Shown: positions 61,501 through 64,000 of the stretch, piece after piece
How positions within the stretch are numbered: position 1 is the first letter of the stretch
How the letters are laid out: every line of letters starts with the position of its first letter
Assembly: GCA_014728045.1 (NCBI GenBank)
Contig: WJMH01000006.1
Location: 52,738 to 116,737 of the forward strand
Direction of reading: 5' to 3'
Source: Candidatus Omnitrophota bacterium
GTDB lineage: Bacteria; Omnitrophota; Gorgyraeia; Tantalellales; Tantalellaceae
Length of the DNA: 64,000 nucleotides
Notes under the pieces: generated by a model
Seen by the model: the letters and a program-made list of their open reading frames with translations, nothing else
Told to the model about the DNA's origin: nothing
Databases searched by the model: none
Program-made: the position numbers and the translations under genes

Positions 61501-64000
61501 ATATATCCGGCTTATAGCTCAAAAGCTGCGTATCCACCCCATCAGGGAACAATCTGTAATTCATACCGTTCCAGGCATAAACAAGTGCCAAAACAGGAGA
61601 AGCGATATAGCTGGCGCCATAAGCTATTATTTCGTCCGCGAGGCTCCCTTCTTTTATGCCGCGGCGCCGATTCCAGTTATGGACCGACTCATGAAAATCC
61701 ACTATATGCCCAAGAAAGGGGCCGAACTTGTCACGTATCTCCACGAATGTCTCATTCGCCGAAGCTGCTTTGTCCGTATTGAGCTTTCTCTGCACCCTGA
61801 AAGCCTGAAGCGTCTGGAAGGCCATTATCAGTGCCTGAAAACTGAGCACCGTATGCAAAAGGAACATCATCGAAGGATTAAATCCGGCCATGATCGCAAG
61901 AGCGCTACCGGCAGCGATGAATGTTGCCGGGAGCATTGCCATTAAAGCGCTCTGCCAGGCCCTGACGGCCGGACCCAGCCCCCTGAAACCGGGAGGCAAC
62001 TGGCGCCCTTTTTCGAGGTTATCTTTCATCCAGTCCTCACCTGCTGCCAGCGGCGTCGCGCGTTTTGAAAGGTTCGATTCGAAAAGCCGGTAGGCGCAAT
62101 TAACGCGGATATTGCCCTCTCCATCACGGCGTATGTGCCTTACGGCGGCATCGGGACCGTCGATCTTTTTCTTTAAAGCGTAATCAGGATTATTGAAAAA
62201 TATGGTCTCCTGGCCTTCGGTATCCCTGCCCACGGAAAAACGGATCTCGCTGGGCAGTACGAAAACGGCATTTTCGGGCTGCCCGGTTTCGTTATTCATT
62301 GAAGTCTCATATGTGTGGGGTTCATCCAGACGTACCCTGAAAAGAGACCTGCCTGTCGCATCCTGAGGGAATACTTCGACGTCCCGAATCCTGTCCCAGG
62401 GAAAGTCCTCTGCGCCGATAACACCTTTCAATAGAGACAGCGCCCCGCCTTGAACGGCCAGGGCCCTTCCGCTCGAGCTGCTTATCCTGGCCAGATCCGT
62501 GAAGATATCCAGAAGCGTTGCTCTTCCGGCCGCATCCTCCGCGGCATCCAATCCCGCGTTGCGATCAAGATACTCGAAGATCATACCGCGGACCATCTCT
62601 TCGGTTATAGCAAGAGGTTCAGTGCGCGCATCTTCTGCCGTACGGTCTTCCGCGGGTGGACCCGCCACTTTGAAGACATCCTCGTTGATCGCACCCCTGT
62701 AACCAGCCTGAGAGAGCAGATCGCTGAGACTGATCTTTTCTGTCTCGGCCTCGCCTTCACCGAAAACCAAGGGCATCCCGTCATCCCCCGTACAAGCGCT
62801 ACCGTCGGTTTTGACCAGCGCCATGCGCCTCCCTCTGGCAATACGCTCCTGGATAATAACAGCGCTCCTGAAGGCATATATAGCAGCGTCCCCCCAGACC
62901 GCACGTGCCAGTACTGGAGAAAGCATACTGGCTATCTGTAGCATTGAAGCCTGCGCGATAACAGAGCGCAGCATCTGCCGAAGATTGGTCGTCTCCCCCG
63001 CCAGGATATCGAAGTAAGGACACTCATAATCTTTTTCGATTGTGAATTTCGGGAGAATGGAGATATAGGATATCTGGTTCTTTCTGAGCAGGTCGCAGAG
63101 GTTCTCGGTATGAAAACCTCCGGTCATCAGTATGGCGCCTTTTATCCCGCCGGAGGTATCAGAGAACCTGAGGTTTTCAAGAAAGACACGGTCCCTTTCG
63201 AAGGAATAGGCGTAAAAACCCGTTATCCTCCTGCGGTATCCGTCCAGAGCGGCGATGCCCTCACTAAGCCGCGCGCTTATACCGTAGCGCGGAGCTTGTT
63301 CGTCGATAAACCTGAGGTAATGGGCAATATCGAAGGAACTGGTGTTACCAAGATAATATTTGTAGTCCGTCTTAGTGAGGGAAATGGCGAAAATGTTCTT
63401 CATCAGGGCCAGGTTCCGGGAAAGAAGATTGAGCCGGCGTTCAGTATCGTTACGGTAAAGCCGGTCCTTTATCCCCGCCTCTAGTTCGTCCATCTCTTCC
63501 ATGACCCTTGACCTGTCCGCGGTCTCGTAAGTGGAGACGTAATCGATGTAATCGGAAAGAGCTTTATATTCACCAAGATCCAGTCCAAGGCCGCCGGCCT
63601 TCGTCAGAAGATATCCGTAAAAAGCCTTGCGCGAGATCTTCTTGGTCTTGAAATCCACCGTCCTGGTGAGAAGCTGCCTTACTTCGTTACGTGAAAGTCT
63701 CTGCTTGAGCTGGAGGATGAGTTCGGCACGATCGGCATTAGCTCTGGAGAAATCCACTTTTTCCTCAAGTTCCATCGCCTTGTGGAGAAGATACAGGTTC
63801 TCGAACCTCTCCACCGGTATCTCCAGACCTTCAGACCTTTCTATCAAAAACTCCAGATACGCCCGGAAATCCATGTTGCCGGCCTTGAAAGCACTGTAGG
63901 CCATGTCGACTTTCAAGAGTTCCGAAGGATAAATATGGCGTTTCAGGTTGTTGAGGATATGAGTGATCTGCTTTAGATATTCCTGGACTGTCTGCTTATA
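49526..64000 (-). CDS. Giant multidomain protein, at least 4824 aa, 5'-truncated (TIKI/TraB-like domain, 2 Hanks kinases, 3 atypical kinase folds, M50-like, CPBP-like, Cys-His-Asp domain, HExxH motifs)
   Basis: The frame stays open from 63916 to the window edge (YKQTVQEYLKQITHILNNLKRHIYPSEL). Motifs: TGGFH, GKGGFG/HADLKPEN/DFG, GAGGFG/HCDIKPNN/DFG, HELGH, EEALYR and GVCRH. Confidence 0.93.
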   Translation of the reverse strand, partial: YKQTVQEYLKQITHILNNLKRHIYPSELLKVDMAYSAFKAGNMDFRAYLEFLIERSEGLEIPVERFENLYLLHKAMELEEKVDFSRANADRAELILQLKQRLSRNEVRQLLTRTVDFKTKKISRKAFYGYLLTKAGGLGLDLGEYKALSDYIDYVSTYETADRSRVMEEMDELEAGIKDRLYRNDTERRLNLLSRNLALMKNIFAISLTKTDYKYYLGNTSSFDIAHYLRFIDEQAPRYGISARLSEGIAALDGYRRRITGFYAYSFERDRVFLENLRFSDTSGGIKGAILMTGGFHTENLCDLLRKNQISYISILPKFTIEKDYECPYFDILAGETTNLRQMLRSVIAQASMLQIASMLSPVLARAVWGDAAIYAFRSAVIIQERIARGRRMALVKTDGSACTGDDGMPLVFGEGEAETEKISLSDLLSQAGYRGAINEDVFKVAGPPAEDRTAEDARTEPLAITEEMVRGMIFEYLDRNAGLDAAEDAAGRATLLDIFTDLARISSSSGRALAVQGGALSLLKGVIGAEDFPWDRIRDVEVFPQDATGRSLFRVRLDEPHTYETSMNNETGQPENAVFVLPSEIRFSVGRDTEGQETIFFNNPDYALKKKIDGPDAAVRHIRRDGEGNIRVNCAYRLFESNLSKRATPLAAGEDWMKDNLEKGRQLPPGFRGLGPAVRAWQSALMAMLPATFIAAGSALAIMAGFNPSMMFLLHTVLSFQALIMAFQTLQAFRVQRKLNTDKAASANETFVEIRDKFGPFLGHIVDFHESVHNWNRRRGIKEGSLADEIIAYGASYIASPVLALVYAWNGMNYRLFPDGVDTQLLSYKPDIYAESDNRRMIKNPRWKELFPKRNIRMKKPRARAIKLGGKTMVIPDTIMGGKARGANTFRLESLLGKGGFGAAFRAKVTEGRLKERDIAIKILKPGSSPSAVINFLQEYLMMKRLEDVPGVIRPYEAGYYEHNGERYYFIAMQYADGGDLGTMIQTRQAEKRVGVRDELFAEEEVYDIAGQLLSSIRAIHKKGIIHADLKPENIFYVNGRLRIADFGISRFTPQGVLSTETLTGTPEYMPNNVLRNFFVHGQDVKYNAKTDLYAIGVILYQMLHDGKLPQHRTDEEEENMNQLFENQKYAEWVDKKERRSTSETIRLLGKSRAHSRESSELEKFIAMLLLENEDGINEAGTAVSRITSSTKKIRTQKSLRGRSPPADSATSGAVKVASTIDLGPESVSTGAETVDLTSQNVAREAADFFGEPPAVNPPRGLGDIVGSETTELPSNSLLANALRRDAPWLNTIVRVLSVFSTPFHELGHITAAKLSGAFVDWDLLGVFYTGQVRTGRAPPVFVRFGGLLGNIAASSIAGIILSYSSMGPFALSSILLGYVLVINMASIFAESLGFFLGRGDLALPGPFNFDQWIDLNLQQDLASKFRVDLREVLETNPQFIARAVQKEGGFDRFYRKHFDSDFFSDFRVAANEGRDTKKLILDYLRTIASVIEGELDERLDAREILKFRKYFYRIYGNYRSENFNAQQIIPSKVIVDLDPSFLARIWAHLNGYMIIRDAFRGVPEDGEDRIFIVGRYNGRDMVFYKSISHGTWRRVEMLNSSASGITKNISKPVAESSLQLNEAAADTIDSLTRRGRPLAPENLEDIGNEWESLEKKLSGYDVPLLDRNTSGAARYAVFNSVGRDPGTGEPDRGLSEAWFSNNLSRLKDAGSVAALAERFIGWLGRRYRPVFASGLFLLVLYTACQRAVIKEVTRRLPAKPTSGAPAEKPQRTVDILIAGEERTIPLPEEAGSREVLPGYQNMISPMGTHLVFGLEKTGEDIRRLEEVRRISLDKIDKRIADLEKSGEDERMLRVLRLVREDLASRLMTDVELIAAVTTRGAELGAYIDEEGVIHVPVGQLADANLLAYSLEHEASHPYVREVYGTSGKPDEEENIVLAIGVAVFGPMIDVTVTDNGDGTYSLNAVSVDPSLRGDDPKVVEATKSKLLSMLEDIQKKRQLGETVSEELERFIIAQLEKLGVKLEYVSETGVVFAESLEIKHTEPYYASVSVRDGEKVAIANSQQAVDFAREKMPVVQVIPVYLNGAPLLVKGEQVQALVEEGIDIDGALLGDLIREVLVSLEGTGEIENLPQTLVIGFLDHSPYMFEDHVRNGFIGVNRIVERIADRRARMAVVRMGIAHEISHELTGRTGIEFEAEQLVRDAEYLHRIASEEKLSGSQEGQIKGFLGQYMQSPGFMHASYFQVIADEADEMGVDISGTERDTDRMYTRLAEAQISSMLKNNIISEYGLQELARFYRETPEARFFPGTSEYQTRLKIRENAPYYQRIKNRALRREVILGLVDRINQVKQSFDISKGESAFAGPGQGNYGHRIIGGKSEGRSLVAKREIIHAKWGQPIQELYEKVRDNVRKASKDLADSGYDLGSGMAKGLLIRAVFDAIRDNVDYDEKQTDKYAKFHYILDINRVLSDKRGVCRHMGILVGMMLEKLIQDNMIEGMVFYVRPTGRGHGFAAYVTSSGDPIILDVAQSPKADPYRGREGLKTFGYLDDFRKVARGEADLKMVPKNEREKMQWARWYDRYAHGVYDIVQENQRVADMIEQRKNEVERRRNALGLGLGEGTVLARTIMPGRGDISEALRQAQERADKRVPSGRFGELAAVEPPTPEDINAAVAAVRERAETPQEAPPEASPGEVAPGVRERPATPDRDAEQRVIFDDVFEPLLLQIAVQFNLNLISRQNWEDYKAMLRSPGARTVSRIMDSIGERVIASDADYKDLFFMDQRTGFGMLYPMVDGLFDEGRIKSARARPRRAQLGSAVTGWLRRITPDMPRLARSLLAAPVAEEALYRGLPLLVTAALSYILTSGLDWLLIMHGMIIPQVFMAGKFVLDHTRGTRSPPEVFRVLLVPSLVAVANAVILPFLSAGPVAFMGLSILNHSIANLAVVGLNRFLPTLKLGEAVVSPDTLWEGLDEFVSGIEGIDDPEDMKDVLIDILAVKLDRIRKDVSDLKGIDFDLFVVENVSFVGRGDFNSVFRVQARTDAGTYTFSLRLLTPRDIKDLERIKALTNEEVAFFLANRTGEKTLRTQSAYFINEQLDAFISRILKSSDIYGFTVGDYVDGVDLDKVPDEEKRPMYRKAVKSLVDLWLSSFDMTTGTGWTMYDLKGSNFVKQPETEDVYIVDAGALMELDFTDFKSLVDLWLNETFGVEPGTDEAEYFTGAIDEAVKEFLKRNRKSMIPAKLAMLEVVTGIETPAAEPVRAPVKLTLEETRDILSADLRELGSAGAEMLTDIIADKIISGSKMIGEQQIGVPSHGGTVRQIAIPESIQGVTGEYRLKEALGAGGFGAVMKGETPDGSEVAVKVLLPGAAPQVVLKFFNEYLTMRHLEDHDSVIDAYELGTYKLNGQRYYYMIQEYAEGGSLWDIMNLKKRIGDRFRDEEVRSVAEELLEAIGELHERGILHCDIKPNNILLSEGKLKITDFGLSVYAPEGEVEFGMGRFIGTPGYISSESMIEGVVKPKTDLFALGHILYELMNEGKNPYTMSDQTYQEILAESKRGVSPAMVRWVQDRDLVIRRIQRQAKTPLEKLVAALLTENIFIQQGWTDALDRGGADTVKEAKLILAGVDSAEELEDIAPKPLPPGLDDILPAEGMGDRVSPQIGKLANVVGIKESGGKKFMVVETTEGRKKKIVRKEVEITRSTGRDTGDIDSLKEFLSLARDNLPPDKENYASYINAIIDFIDRSDSGRLPEFYTYRAEDLVADVFGWASSSPDENMIIVNESVAQYDLAWLHELGEYLIQPREDGEAPVLKPVFDGGRLTLYLDGEAVGEPMMLEGEPLAQAMKDPANPHYLLRAFQREVFPFMDRALTEKIKTEQIASILKERVPSEAWEAQDMDPELAARGLRDFIRYRRDSTGADDRIVICYRVGTGQERSFMLRQGEGDLIRLDMEDVADLYRGRYVGAEMNVLITGADPDTQTPEEMERYMDLAMMAKDYLEGLTRNKLVDELRKISGNENLDFGDIGKDVYITDHLEGSNKHVFRIEFSSPDKARTYTMAVATKTEKLVGDIAFTEIRELDQLQEGREQVVPRFGATRTWNGKKWFTEEFIEGKTATQLAREGKLTLNMRKKIVEVLLSIAVGLNGYVPLDIHGGNFVVRDNGEVVMVDIGNRRLHVTGKAAENIEKKGARARHKMIFLATLMAQYGLFEKTEDETGKPTIGGEPENNHFIFEAVAENPDLAEGQGIELLKEVYDHYSPIERKDPQAMAGIFSDFNYRGGFRNVLYPMGVSFSGTTEEMMPALMPFSELFMKSLGSYLAKVEERRGPPEEAITAVPAEGAVSPIITEPFSAMILGRGYPMEYEQEAVHMRGIAPDERIIRNYLELLRLRNPDGTMVVPPVRKVYLPMTTMWKRGPNIERKSEEELPAGTISLLRRGAEEGLFELVELNDLGDYDRAASELGADRDEFRTLLYTSLIPFMSDWIGNNAQKRLLDLQDSGEKARLAELGRAVGRTLKTLHTHGMIAGDMHLGQFVVTEDAQRAFRVDLVNVRSFDDMEYGIIPDTVAAEYILLLHNLSLSQEAAHGFTEVYSRQDMEAVGENARSGKAQINAAKDAVEDFFAGVVDWIVTPANERMMMSAKPSVDSSAARLFRRKYGSETITDGYAYRADMTDRALKANLREVFEKFLENMTRPEYSDKMPRAIIYAPAERYSLVEDLLDETLRDMELEGLAERVVVVRVGGIPDDGAVDEVMHVVLGKALLNYERFKQTDLFTPEAEKRLVALIKALVTDPSAIDLDKDPDILDKILDGLVELRIRPVDYEQIRDWKAAQDEILRSL

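Noticed and set aside
63914-63916. TTG as the start codon of giant 2
   Set aside because: The frame is open to position 64000 with no RBS or signal peptide; the real start lies outside the window.

Overview
Bacterial chromosomal window of roughly 50% GC, with most genes on the minus strand. Gene content and protein style point to Omnitrophota (PVC superphylum); this is an inference, not a search result. Housekeeping blocks are: cinA-thpR-recA-recX-alaS running into hisDBHAFI and trpEGDCFB (trpB cut by the window edge); a small MerR/BldC-like HTH gene followed by smc; and fabG-acpP-fabF followed by acyl-CoA dehydrogenase-etfB-etfA. About half of the window encodes three unusual proteins: a 4986-aa giant, a giant of at least 4824 aa that is open at the right edge, and an approximately 875-aa kinase-like protein. 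The two complete ones begin with signal-peptide-like segments and all three end in a related C-terminal tail. Between them they carry kinase folds, DOT1-like methyltransferases, orphan HATPase domains, winged helices, a Cys-His-Asp domain, intramembrane protease motifs, repeated R[AGS]PP motifs, and a complete embedded 'signal peptide-GH5-FN3-CTERM' surface-protein cassette. My best hypothesis is a processed, exported polyprotein effector system, possibly using the neighbouring beta-propeller/half-TolC protein. Non-coding highlights are a 10-bp-phased repeat array over the HTH-smc promoter, a candidate sense/antisense small-RNA pair at about 45.93-46.07 kb, and four probable leaderless genes. 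All domain calls are motif recognition by eye and internal domain coordinates are approximate. No rRNA, tRNA, CRISPR array or IS element was recognised.
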